NCBI GenBank assembly: GCA_977017575.1 | Contig: CDRNVI010000020.1 | Coordinates: forward strand, 1-64,000 | Reading direction: 5' to 3' | Length of the DNA stretch: 64,000 bases | Source: Paramoeba atlantica | Taxonomy: Eukaryota; Protista; Discosea | Part shown: piece after piece, positions 22,489 through 34,641 of the stretch | Numbering within the stretch: the first letter of the stretch is position 1 | Layout: every line of letters begins with the position of its first letter | Translations under genes and position numbers: made by a program | Notes under the pieces: generated by a model | What the model was told of the DNA's origin: nothing | The model's database searches: none | What the model saw: the letters and a program-made list of their open reading frames with translations, nothing else

Positions 22489-22935
22489 GGTGGATTGTCA
22501 ATGTCAGTGCAACAAATTGTCATACTCAGTGCAACAAAATAATAATAATTGTCATACTCAGCGCAACAAAAGGTTAATTTCTACATAGTACACTTCATAT
22601 ACTAATTTCTACATAATTGAGTTCATTCATGCCAAAGTACAGAAGATTATCTGAAAACAATCGCAAAGATATTCAAACGATGTTTGAAAGTGGCGCCACG
22701 AAGAGGGAAATTGCCCGATCGATTGATAAGTCCCCAAGTGCGGTATGTCGTGAGCTGGCACGCAACAGGAAAAGAGGTGGGCAATATCGTTCCAGACGTG
22801 CCCATCGTGTTGCCAAGAGACGACTGGTTAATAAAGGGACCAGACCACGTCTAATTCGAGCCAGTCTTGAAAAAAATGTAAAGACCCGTCTCCGAAAGCT
22901 TCACAGCCCGGAGCAGGTTGCTAATACACTTGTTG
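22489..22935 (+). mobile_element. IS30-family-like left end and N-terminal transposase fragment
   Basis: IR-like GGTGGATTGTCAATGTCAGTGCAACA at 22489-22514 plus two subterminal copies (22516-22537, 22548-22569); ORF 22617-: 'YRRLSENNRKDIQTMFESGATKREIARSIDKSPSAVCRELARN...HSPEQVA', typical of the IS30 HTH; cut off by a pyrimidine tract at ~22940. Confidence 0.7.
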
Positions 22936-22939
22936 TCGG

Positions 22940-25900
22940 CTCATTTATCCCTTTCCCACTTCCTCTTTACTCACTAACCCATTACCCGTTTTCCCCTTAC
23001 CTGCTTTTCCCCTTACTGTCCCCTTATCCACTTTCCCCTTTTCCCATGTTTCCATAAAATATCAGACTCTCGTAAACAATATAAAAACAAGCCCGCATGG
23101 CACTCATCCTAGTTATTTAGTACCTTGTTATATATGTATTTGGTACCGGATGGTGCCTCCATCAAAACAAAATCAGTCAATCGCAGAGGAGGAGAGAAGA
23201 GAGGAACGGATGTATCCTCCTTAAAGGAGGACTTTATCCTTAAAGTCTCAAAAAGGACGGATCCCCTTTTCCTTTTGTTATTGCTATTCCGTATCTTTGC
23301 TTTACGTATTCGAGTTTGGAAAAAAAACAAAAAGGGGTGAATTAAACAAACGTTTGGTATTCAGACAGGCGCTAGCTGGATCGGTAATATTAATATTCGT
23401 TGCATTAATCAGCTGCTACTTGTTTATTGTTGGAGTTCTCCCAGCCATTGAGTTGGTGTCATGTACTTTCTCAGTTGATTAGCTACTGTGTAGGCGTTCA
23501 TCTTTTCAATCTCTAGCTGAAACTCTTCCTTGACTTCATTGACATTTCTTTCTGACCGTTTCGCTAAGCATTCCAACAATCGCCTGGTATTTTGATGGAG
23601 TTGTCCGAACTCTGTAACCGCCAGGCAACTAAATTCCTGCGTTGAAATACCCTTTTCCACCACATACTTCGTGTTCTTTCTTTCCAGAGCATTCTGCATC
23701 AGTTGTTCAGGAGTTGATTTTATGTGGCTTGGTGCACATGTGTGTACTACCGTTAAGTCGTATAGCACCTCTCCGATGGTAAGCCACATGATCCCAAGGT
23801 CAGGTCCTGATCTTATGCGTCGCGCTTTACAGGGATGGTTCTCAACTGCTTCATCCGAGATGGAGGCCTTGCATTTCGTGCAGTAGAATGATGTATGAAC
23901 TCTTGGTTCGAGCACGTGCGGCAGACCGGCTTTCGCGCACAATTCCCCAAGGAACCGAATAAGATGTGTGTGCTTTCTTGTAGCATTAACTCCAGAGCAT
24001 TGTGTACATCCGGCTACGTGGTGCAGGGCGTTGCTTGCAGACAGTTCGGTTGAGCATCCAGGGCATGGAATGAGGTCTAGCATTTCGGGGGGCGTGCAAC
24101 CCAGGCGCATCATGACACTATATCTGAAGAGATAGGGGTTCACATAGTTGCTCGTGGAGTGCAGATGGTTGTGGGAATTTGTCGTGCGATCGAGTATATC
24201 ATTCAGTTTTTTGTTTCTTCGCAGTTCAGCGGCGATCATTTTTCTCCCCTGATTGCTTTCGTAGCCATCTTGCTCGCTGTTGATTTGTTTTCTGGCAGCA
24301 CTGAAATCTTCTTAGTGTGTTTCGATTTCTCCACCGGAGCGTTAAGGGATTTTCCTTGCTCTTCAATGGATCGACGAGACGCACTGTAGAAGTATTTGTG
24401 CTTCAAGCATGATGGTGTTAAGCCGAGTCCTCCGAGTTTTTCGGGCAATGAAGTTAGCCTTAATGAATCTCCTCTTGCCTGAAACCAATGGGAAACTATA
24501 TTGCCGATTTCTGTATCAAATTGTTGCGCCAGTTCCAAAGAGGCGTCGGGTTTATGCACTCGGATGTGGTAGTCTTGTCTGGGGTTAGTACACTTTTGCA
24601 GAATAGCGAGGGAGAGATTGCTGGGACCCATACGATAAAGTCGCCGAAACAGACATTTGTGTTTTTCTAGCTTGCGAACCAGGAGGTTGCTGACGATCTG
24701 ATCGTTTCCAATGTACGCGCCCAAGATTTTGATAGTCTCATGCGTTGCACTCATTCCCAGATCTTGCAGCGACTGCGGGGTTTGCTCTTGATTGTATGCT
24801 GAGTCGCTCGCTTTTTTGAACCATTCACATTTTGAGAAGTTGACCTTCAGGCCCAAATCGTTTGATGCTTCGCGTAGGTGGAGGAATGCGGCTTCGAGCG
24901 TAGCTGGATCGCGGGAGGAGAGTGTAATATCATCCATGTACGCTCTTACCTTGACTTCTGGGAAGAGCTCTTCTATGTCTTTCAGGGAATCCTGGATGAG
25001 GGCGCAGAAGTACAGTGATGAGAGCGCTGATCCTTGTCGTACTCCTGAGGTACTTTTTATCGTAGAATGTAGAGTGTCGTTCGCAAAGAAGCGAAGATCT
25101 GATGGAGACTCTAGGGCAAATAGTCGCATGAAGGGTTTGAAGATATTGCACTTCTTCAGGGCGTCGTAGATTGATTGTCGTGTAGGTGTGTTGTAGGCAT
25201 TCGCGTAATCAACTGCTAGGATGGTGTATCCCTCCTCATATTCTTTTGCTATGGTGTGAACTATTCCTTCGCATGCGTTTCTTTGCAGGACACGGCGTTG
25301 AACCGGATGGAAAAAGTCTTTAATCTTTTCTTCGTGTCTTTGGAGGAGAATCGTACCACACACTTTTAAGAGCGTTTCTCCTACTGCGATCGGGCGTACT
25401 CCGTTCATGGGTTTGTTCAGGGCCAAAAGTCGGCATCTTGTTAATCTCGTTCGGACTGTTTCGCATACCTCCCCGTTTATTACATCGCGTATCATGTGAG
25501 ATAGAGCTGTCGATGATTCTTCGTCACTGGCAAGGAGATGCAACATGCTTTCGCTTAAGCCTGTAGGTCCCGGGGCCGCTCCTGGTGCAAGTTTGCTTAT
25601 TGCCGATATAACCTCGTGTTTTTCGACCACGCCAATCTGAGGAAAGTCGGATGTTGTGGCTAAGGGGGGTGTTCCTTCTGGGTGTAGTTGTCTTAGCTTT
25701 TTGACTTTTTCGTCCATGCTTAGGGTTGAGTCTAGATATACGTTGTCAAGAATGCGTGTCGCTTTACTGATGTTGCTCGCTCGAGCATTTTTCAAGGCAT
25801 TTCGGATGGATCTGCGGTCTACCTCCATTTCTTCTTTTTCCCCTTGTGACATTGATTCCCATTCGACGTGTTGTAGTTTCTGCTTCCTTGGGGCGCTCTG

Positions 25901-27500
25901 TTTTCTTGTGACTGCTTGTTGCACCGTTGCTAGGGATTCGCGTGGCGCGTTCAAAAATTTGTGCCACATGGCTGTCTTCTCCGACGTCAACTGAAGTTTG
26001 GGGTAGTTTCGAATGATTGCCCGAAAGATTGCTATCACGTGTACTGCGAAACCTGGGTCGATGTGGGCGAGAGACGGCAGAGGGTCTAGATCGTTGCCCA
26101 TGTCTGTTTCCGGAACGTCAGGGATCTCGATTTCGTGCATTGCATTCATTGGAATTCTTGTTAACTCCGTTGCTCGTAGGTCGTGTATCTCAATCTTGTA
26201 GGAGGATGGGAGATGCAAATTCCGCTTGGACCCTCCCCGTTCGCTGGTGCATACTGGACCTTTGATGATGATGATGTATTGGGCCTTTTGACTCCGAAAA
26301 GTTATGGCCCCTCAACTCCCCAAACGGGCAGTCCGAATACGTCTTGCGACGTATCCGGAGAGCCAGCCATAGCAAGCTACGGCTGACCTCCGCTTGGAGA
26401 GGAGTTAGGTTACAGCTAGGGAGGTGGGGTGCGCTATACCCCTGCGCCTTAGGTAATGCAAATAAGGCGCCCCTTGACCAAAAAAAACCACTCTATCTTT
26501 TGAGGGTGGATAAAAAAAACACAAACACATTCCAAAGATTAGCCCGAATGGCACCCACCCTAGTTTCTTAGTACCTTGTTATATTCGGTACCGGGCGGTG
26601 CCACCCATTCTACGTTGCCAGAATGACATCCACCCTAATTATTTAGTGCCTCGTTTTACTGGCACCGGGTAGTGTCATCCATATTGTATTCATCGTATTC
26701 ACCCTAGTTCTTTAGCGTCTTGTTATGCGACGCCGGGTGAGTTAGCTCGGGAAGCTGGGATCGCTAAGTCCCATCATCCGACATAAGCCGGGTGCCCTGA
26801 CTTAGGATGCCCTGACATAAGCCGGATGCCCTGACTACTGGACCTTTACGCGTACATTTCCCCTTCTTGACCATCTTGCAATCACTTCGCCCGTCGACTG
26901 ATACAAGGTTTCTGTGTTCCTAAACTTCCAATTAACCATGCATTTCGTTCCCTTTCCCCAAGAGCGAATCGTACGGTGAATTTGGTCTGGTGCTTTTTGA
27001 AAATCCGTGTGCGTGTCGTTCTCGTCGGCTGACATATCTGCGTCTCCCCCGTGATCTTCGCTATCCGTTGCCATGTCGGACATGGTGCTTTCTATCGATG
27101 TGGTGCTGGCGTCCGAATTCTCAGATGAGTCAGATACGGTTTCCTTGCGTTGTGGGATTCTTCCAGTGCATTTTATCTGCTTTGATGGTGGTGGTTTAAG
27201 TTTTCTCTCGTGTTTGAACCCGAGTGTGGGCTAGATTTGATTCGAATAGCGTCTTGTGCCTGACTTGAATTGTGAGATGCTCTGGGTCGCAGCTGCATTC
27301 CGTTTGAAAGCTTCTTTATGACTGGAGGTTCCTGCGTTTTAGAGGCCGTCACACTGAAATACCTGTCCTCTTCGTCTCGATACTTATCGCATCCTTGATC
27401 CGGCGTTGTGTCTACACCTATCTCTTCCACGACGCGTGTTAGTTTCTCGTTCCACTCTTTCGATGTGTGTGCGGGTATGGCTGTTGTATAAAGCAAATCG
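22940..27500 (-). mobile_element. CRE family A element, near-complete but frameshifted and interrupted by a SINE-like insert
   Basis: Collinear ORFs 27173-27496, 26835-27083, 24236-26218 (RT 'GVRQGSALSSLYF...YMDDITL') and 23424-24239 (Zn knuckle, RLE 'RSGPDLGI...YDLTVVH'). Confidence 0.9.
26264..26835 (-). mobile_element. 572-bp SINE-like retroposon with a 12-bp TSD
   Basis: TSD TACTGGACCTTT at 26252-26263 and 26836-26847; excision restores 'RVKVQYAPANGEGPSG'; 3' tail (ATC)4; three bulged-hairpin motifs; stuttered GTCAGGGCA(T/C)CC at the 5' end. Confidence 0.85.
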
Positions 27501-27579
27501 TTGTATGTACTTGGCTTGTTGTTCGTGAGTTTTTCGTTAGCGGCAAATTGGTTCCATCATCCGAGTTCATGCCTTTTTT

Positions 27580-28579
27580 TTTTCCATGCAAAAAAAACAT
27601 CTCGGAGCCATTTCTCCCATGAAATCCTATAAGCTCTCACAGCAGGAAGTCACGTAGGATAATGAGAAATGAGAAATGTTCACCTTCCCCCCTTCTCTCA
27701 ATTTTCGAAGAGAAACTATCCCAAAAATGATATTACAATGTATATATTGTATTCTATTCTTTTGAATACTTTATATCCTTAATGTTATGTTATGTTATGT
27801 TATGTGTTCAGGTTAATACAAAAAAAACGTTTATAATAATACCAAAGATTTCTAATAGACCGAAACTAAAAACCTGTTCAGAGGCCCGGTTCCTGAGATG
27901 TCTCCTGCGTTAGATAATTTTTCAGCTGGGAAAATACCACTGATCCGTTCAACTCTTGAAGGTGCAACGAAAATTCGTTCAAAGTTTTCCCTCTTTCAAG
28001 CCCACAGCAGTCCGCTAGCGTGTGCAGAAGGGTCTTGAGCCCTTGATGCATGGCGCCGCCGGAGAGGACTGGGATGCATTTAAAACGTTCCTGCGGAATC
28101 ATCCCCGATGCGACGTACGTATTATGTTTCCGTGCGATCGCATCCCTCATTAGGGCCCCACTCCCTCGCCGCAAGTTCGACGGCGCCAATTCATGGATTA
28201 CAGTGAGGTCGTAGAAGACTTCACCGGACGCCCAATATACGACTATATCAGGTCCGGACCGGTGAAGACTAGCATTTCGGCAGATCTGTTGGTGCTCACG
28301 TTTGCGCCAATGCGGGAACGACTCCCCGCAAGTGGAGCATTTGTAGGTCGTAAATTGTCGTGGCTCCCGCTCGCATGGTACCCCAGCCTTCATGCACAGA
28401 TCGTAAATTCTACGCACCAGCGCATCATGTTTCGTCGTGGCATTGTTTCCAGAGCACTGAACACATCCCGCTATGTGCGAGAGGGCTGACGAAGACTCAA
28501 GAATGACTCGACACCCCGGGCATTGTAAGTTTCCTGGAAGCCGCGGGTGACTGAGACCAAGACGAGATATAAGTGCCAA
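27580..28579 (-). pseudogene. CRE family A 3' fragment (Zn knuckle + RLE + 3' UTR)
   Basis: 'CPGC...HIAGC...KHDAL...RSGPDIVVYW...FYDLTVIH'. Confidence 0.88.
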
Positions 28580-28580
28580 G

Positions 28581-29040
28581 GTTGTTGTTGTTGTTGTTTA
28601 ACCCGTTTGGCCATGACTGGCTATGGGTTCAGAGTACACCCTAGTTATTTAGTGCTCGTGTGAAACGGCACCGGGTATCACCGTACTCCGTGGGTGGTAC
28701 GCTGTCAGTCGCGCACAGACTTTCCCAGAGGGATGCCGCACTCGCAGATAGACGAGCAATACCTGTCAGGTTGCGTGGCCTGACTCGTCATCCGTGACTT
28801 CAATGCCCGATGGATTCGCATCCTAGGGCAAAGAAGTAGTGGATCAGTCGTTATATGCTGTTCCACCACCAGGGATGACTCACGCTAGGGTGTGTGGAGC
28901 TTGCGAGGCTCTCTCACCAGCGGAGCTCGACCACAATGGAGCTCGACCAGTGCCCTTCACATTTTAATATAATATATACATTTGTAATAGAACTCTGCCA
29001 CGTCTTACATTGGGGCGGCAGCGAAGGCCCTCCTCACATC
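28581..29040 (-). mobile_element. Short non-coding retro-unit with a bulged-hairpin motif and (AAC)6 tail
   Basis: (GTT)6 at 28581-28598; motif copy at 28638-28676; the 5' boundary is not defined. Confidence 0.5.
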
Positions 29041-29167
29041 GTCAACCGGAAGGGTCAGGAGCCCTTCACCCATCGGTGATCCGAACCAAATCGACGACCG
29101 GAATCAAATAAGTGTTCGGGTCTCCAAAAGCCGAATAGTCGAGAGTGAAATTCCCTGCGATACACAA

Positions 29168-29989
29168 GTGAAGACGAATTCGCAAAAGATGAACCACGAC
29201 GATGCATCTGAAGTCGCACCATCCAAAGTTAGAGCACGAGAAACAAAGGAACGCGGAGCGATGCCGAAAACTCCGAAAGCATCCGAGACGACAGAAACGA
29301 AAGCAAAAGAACAGGAAGTGGAAATGTTGCCAGACCCGAAAGATCCACGATTCGAAGGTTACAAATGGGTCGGGAATGGGTACGTACACGACGTTTATGC
29401 TTTTGACATCTTTTCGGACACACCCGACACAACGTCGGCTCCAGCGCATGCTTTTTTTCCGAACAGTGAACTGCAAAATTTGCCGGAAACACCACAAACG
29501 CCCAGCTCTGAACGTTGCTTCTTAGATTGTATCTCAACACCTCGGAACGCAAACAGTACTTTCTCAGACTCTAACTCAACGTCCGATCCACCTCGCGAGC
29601 CTCCAAGCCCTCCTCAATTTCCGCTCGAAAAATCAGACGACGAAAGATTGGTTGTCTTATCAGAGGAAACCGGAACATCAGAAAATCAAGAAACAAAATC
29701 CGACACCCCCGAGGTGAATGCATTACCCCGGCCACTCGCGCCCAACGTCGACGTCCGAGAAGCTGTGAGATTTGTTGAGCAAAGTTCACTCGTCGTGCGA
29801 CCCGCCGACACTTCAGAAAACAAGGATGCAGACAGCATAATTTTCGTCGAGCATGCAGCATCTCATGACATTTGCGAAGACTTGCTAAACAATATCAATT
29901 CGGATTGTTCCGAATTGTGCATTGTTTTTTACAATTCAAGTAATTTGAATTTGGATTGCCCGGTGTTTTTCAAGCTTGTTGAGAAGTAA
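29168..29989 (+). CDS. Low-complexity acidic/Pro-rich ORF of unknown function
   Basis: 273-aa open frame with no recognisable motif; possibly the N-terminal region of a retroelement. Confidence 0.3.
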   Translation: MKTNSQKMNHDDASEVAPSKVRARETKERGAMPKTPKASETTETKAKEQEVEMLPDPKDPRFEGYKWVGNGYVHDVYAFDIFSDTPDTTSAPAHAFFPNSELQNLPETPQTPSSERCFLDCISTPRNANSTFSDSNSTSDPPREPPSPPQFPLEKSDDERLVVLSEETGTSENQETKSDTPEVNALPRPLAPNVDVREAVRFVEQSSLVVRPADTSENKDADSIIFVEHAASHDICEDLLNNINSDCSELCIVFYNSSNLNLDCPVFFKLVEK

Positions 29990-30009
29990 TTCGCTGATTC
30001 TGGTTGATC

Positions 30010-31700
30010 CCCCTACATAGGCTCCTAGAACTTTGACGGCTTTTTCGGCTATCTGAACGCCTTCGTTGACTAGTTTCTCGGGTAGTTTGACGTTGTTTAA
30101 TCCATCAAACCAAACACATTTTTGCGGCGCAAGTCGGATCGATTTACTTTCCAGGAGCTCCTTGAGACGGACGTATGCAGAGGCGATGAGATCCACATCG
30201 TGTGAGGAGATGTTGATGTCATCGACATAAGCGTATATGTTAAGCGATGGGAATTCCTGCGCGATCGTCTCAAGAATCGGTTGAAGAAATGTACAGAAAT
30301 ACAACGTTGATAACGGCGACCCCTGACGCACTCCAGCCGAACTCTCGACTTTGGAGAATAATTCCCCGTTTTTGCCATAGAAGAGGAGCTCTGATGGTTC
30401 CCCATATTCAGCAACAAAAAGTCGCTGAAAGGGTCGAAGTGCGCTAAACGCGAAAATCGCTTTCGCAATGTCATCGCGTGAAGGGCTGTTAAAGGCGTTT
30501 TTCATGTCCAGAGAGAGAATGGCGTGTCCTTCCATGTACCGACGATTGAGCTCGTGCACGATAGTTTCACAGCCCGCTTGCCTCATAACCCCGTGTTGCA
30601 TCGGAAGAAACAGCTTCGCGAATTTGTGTTCATGTCGAAGTATTAGGACCAGCCCCGCCAACTTCAACAGAACCTCCCCCATCGCCACAGGCCTAACAGA
30701 TTTTGATGTCTTGGGAAGTGCCACGAGACGCGCTCTCCTCAATTTACGCATGACTTCTTTGGACAGCATCCCGTTGATAAGATCACAGATCATATGACAC
30801 AGACTGGAACAACAGATCTCATCATCCAATAACAACCGAACAATGGCTTCCGTTGTACCCGAAGGTCCGGGAGCCGATCCCTTTGCTAGTCTTTTCCCTG
30901 CATCACGTAGCTCTTGCGGTGGGAGGCACGCAATCTTCGGGGCGTCTGTCGGAAGCGCGAATGAAATAGGCAACGAGGGATGCAATTTTCGCAATTGGTC
31001 CAATTTTCCTTCGTCCGTCATCGTTGTAGTTGCAGTTTCCTGATCTAATACTCGCGTTCCCTTCTTCGTTGCTCCTTCCAAGAGCAGTCTCGTTGCTTTC
31101 TTTATAGCCCGCAAATCACTCGCCTTTTGCTCCGCTTCACTGTTCAGAGTTGTCGTCTCCTGAATTTCAACTGGACGGCGACGACGCTTCTTTCCAATGA
31201 TGTGGCGCACTGTGGCTAAAGAGTGTTTCATTGCCGACAGAGTTCTGTTTCAAATTTGATTCCGTTGCTCGTACGAGGAACTCGCGTAGTCCCTCATGAT
31301 ATCCCGATAGATCGCGACAACACAAGGTACAAACTCGGAACTAACGGACCGTAAGGTGGGCATTGGGTCGAGGTCCAAATCAGCTTCGGTGTGATCAAGA
31401 TCATGTCTGTCTTTGTCTTCTGTGGAATTCGTTTCCCCCGCGTTTCTCCTTCGCTCATCAAGCCAGCGTATCGAATGAATTCGCACGTTGGGATTCGGCG
31501 GAATAAACCCCTCAAATTTGGTTCCAGATTTGTGCCCTTCCACGCCTTCATACGATATGGCTATTCTACCGGCTCCCGCCCGTTCCTTGACTGATTTCAC
31601 CACACCCCTCGAGATATTTAATTGTGTGGAATCGCTAAAACACCACGCCACCAGGCAACCATCACCGCGCTTCGACATTTTTGATTGATCCCAAACGAGG
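30010..31700 (-). pseudogene. CRE family A fragment (N-terminal beta domain + RT)
   Basis: 'GDGCLVAWCF...RGVV...GFIPP' (31250-31711); RT 'GVRQGSPLSTLYF...YVDDINI' (29936-31231). Confidence 0.88.
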
Positions 31701-31736
31701 TCTGGTGCCATAGGGAAATGTCGAGCCGAATCTATC

Positions 31737-32440
31737 GGAATTGCTCATCATCCGATGGTAGAAAGGTAACAAAAATAAACTCTCAAAACTTAACAAGCAT
31801 ACACTTTCTATAAAGCTCACACTACTGTTCGAAACCAAGAATCCATATTCAAACACTATAATTAACTCATAAACAAGACGTCATGACTATAACCAAAGAA
31901 AACAAAGTAACCTTCCCATCACACAACTTCTCACCTCCCAGCTTGCGAACGGGTCACGCGGGGAGTGGTTTGGGGGTTGGTGGGTGGGGAAACTTTAATC
32001 GCGAATAAATCAAACAGACGCTAAATGAATCAAAATCTCAAATTCAATGTCAAATATATATCATCACTATATCATCTTTCGCCACTATATCATATTATAT
32101 TTCGGGGACAATAATTCGGAGGGAGATTTGTTTCGGGGGGAAAACCCCCGGTAGGGGGCATCCTGAATAATGACGTCCCATCTCCTTTGATCAATTCTTA
32201 TCGTAAACTTTAAGAATTGCTCATCATCCGATGGTAGAAAGGTAACAAAAATAAACTCTCAAAACTTAACAAGCATACACTTTCTATAAAGCTCACACTA
32301 CTGTTCGAAACCAAGAATCCATATTCAAACACTATAATTAACTCATAAACAAGACGTCATGACTATAACCAAAGAAAACAAAGTAACCTTCCCATCACAC
32401 AACTTCTCACCTCTCAGCTTGCGAACGGGTCACGCGGGGA
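31737..32440 (+). repeat. ~225-bp direct repeat (31737-31962 and 32215-32440)
   Basis: GAATTGCTCATCATCCGATGG...GGGTCACGCGGGGA is nearly identical at both sites. Confidence 0.9.
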
Positions 32441-32556
32441 CCACCCATTCGCACGTACTCCAATCACCCAATCGCTTGTATGGCAGATAAATCCGGTGCC
32501 TACTCCAGACGTGCCTCCCATTACAAATTTTTTTTTTTTTAATATATATATTTATA

Positions 32557-33907
32557 AACCCCGCGTCACCAATAAGTGACCCCCCCTTATTTTTAGCACA
32601 GGGGGTCGTGGGGGGGTTATCATACCACGTTGTCGTTCAAAATTTTGAGATATGTACGTTCCCGCTGTTTTTAGCCTTAAAATTCAGCTTTAAAATTCAG
32701 TAAAAAAAAATATAATTTTTTCAACTTTTTTTTCAAAAATGCCAAAATCACCATATCGACTCCCAAGAGGGAGGCTGACTTCTACTGGAAAGGTTCTTTT
32801 AAAGATGAGGCACGGACAAGGAGTACCAATAAAAGAGCTAGCCCGTGATTTCAACGTTTCTAGAAGGATAGTTAAAAAATATTTGAACGAAAAAAAAACT
32901 ACCCCAGTATACACTTTGAGTCCTGAGCGAAAAAAAATAATGAAAACTCGTAAAACGAAAATTGAGAAGATAATAACCCCTCTTGACCCCGCTGGAGTAC
33001 CGAGACTCAATTCATCAAGGCGCATAGCAGCCCAATTGAAGAAAAAGAATATACAAGTTTCAAAAAGAACTCCACAGAGAGACTTATCATCCCTGGATTA
33101 CAGTTATGCCGCTCGACCGCTATGCCAAGGGCTTACCGAACGACAAAAAGTAAAAAGAGTTCAACTTGAGTTGAATTACAATATGGATACTTCCCGTGTC
33201 ATCTTTACAGACGAAAAAACATTTGATACGAATGATGGCAGAAGAAAAATGTGGGTAAGGCGCGGTCAAAAAGCAGCCCCGCGTCAAAAAGTACGTCGGG
33301 CACCAAGATGCCAAGTTTGGGGTGCTGTAGGGGTGGGGTGGAGGTACTTGGTAATTCTACAAAATGACACATCTATTACAAGTGAGACGTACATAGAAAC
33401 ATTAAAAGAGGTAGATTTCCCCCCTAAAAAAATTTCCCCCCTATTTTTCAGCAAGATGGGGAAACGGCACACACTGCTCGTGCCTCAAAGGAGTACATTG
33501 AAAGCGCAATGAGTGAAGTTCTGAAAAATTGGCCCCCCAACTCACCAGATCTTTCCCCAATAGAAAACGTCTGGTCTATGGTCCAAGGGGCGGTGGACGA
33601 ACAGACCCCATCGGATAAGCCTTCACTCATCCGATGTGTACGCAAAGCGTGGTCTCGCTTGTCTCAAAATGTGATCGACAAAACGGTCTTAAGCTTTGAC
33701 TCACGCCTTAAGGAGTGTATAAGATTGAAAGGCGAAAAAGTGAAAAAATGGTAATTCCTCAATAAAATATACGTATTCGCTTCTTTTTGTTTCATTTCTT
33801 CACGCGCAAAGTCCTTGTGTTGAGATCTGCAAAATGCAACAAAAATCAGCTCAAACGGACACTTGTACGAAAAAAAAGTGGGGGGTCACTTTTCATGACG
33901 CGGGGTT
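32557..33907 (+). mobile_element. Second Tc1/IS630-superfamily transposon (transposase with one frameshift)
   Basis: TIR AACCCCGCGTCA...AAGTGACCCCCC at both ends with TA flanks; ORF 32739- 'IFTDEKTF', shifted near 33420-33445 into 'FQQDGETAH...WPPNSPDLSPIENVW' ending at 33754. Confidence 0.9.
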
Positions 33908-34099
33908 TATATAGAGATATAGATATAATATGAACTATATGCTAGAACTACTTCTTTTTTTTTTTTGCAAATAAAGAAAATTTTTCTCTCTCTTTCTCCT
34001 CTTTCTCACCTCTTGACATACTTTTCCCACCTTTCTCCCTACTTTCCTGCTTTCCCCTACCCAACTTTTCAACTTTTCAGGGGGCGTAAGGTCTAAAGA

Positions 34100-34640
34100 A
34101 AGGTAAGGTAAAGAACCGCCGGCGGTTCGTTGAATATTCAACGAGGTAGAGACGTACCCCGTTGCTGTAGCAAAATCGTCCTGCGTTAGACGGCGCGTTA
34201 ATTTTGGACCTAACGATACCTTTCCTAGGCCATGGTGATACGTGACACCATTAAACGTGTAGGTCTGCGATGGAGGGGCTCCGGCATCCTTAAAACGCGC
34301 ATTGACTTCCCTAGCCCGGTTGTCTACGAACCTGACGTATTGTTCAGCGATCACTTCGCTCCCCGCAAAACGGATACCATCTATATAAACTTCAGCATTA
34401 TCTGAAGAAAACGCGGCATCCGCGGTACAAAATTGCTTATCCCCTGCCAGCGTCGCTGTTAGTACATGCATAATTTCGGGTGCACACCGATGCCCCATAG
34501 GCATTGCATTCATTTCAAACAAATCGCCTTTCGCATCCTTAAATCGAAACTTCACTCTACATGTTAAAGGAATAACCACTTGCCAAAATCCACATGCTAA
34601 GTCGCGCTTCACCGCCGTTTTGTTCTTTTGATCTCCTTTG
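34100..34640 (-). pseudogene. RT fragment of a second VIPER/TATE-like element
   Basis: 'KRDLACGFWQV...MPMGHRCAPEIMH...VYIDGIRF' parallels the RT at 17.5-18.9 kb. Confidence 0.8.
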
Positions 34641-34641
34641 A

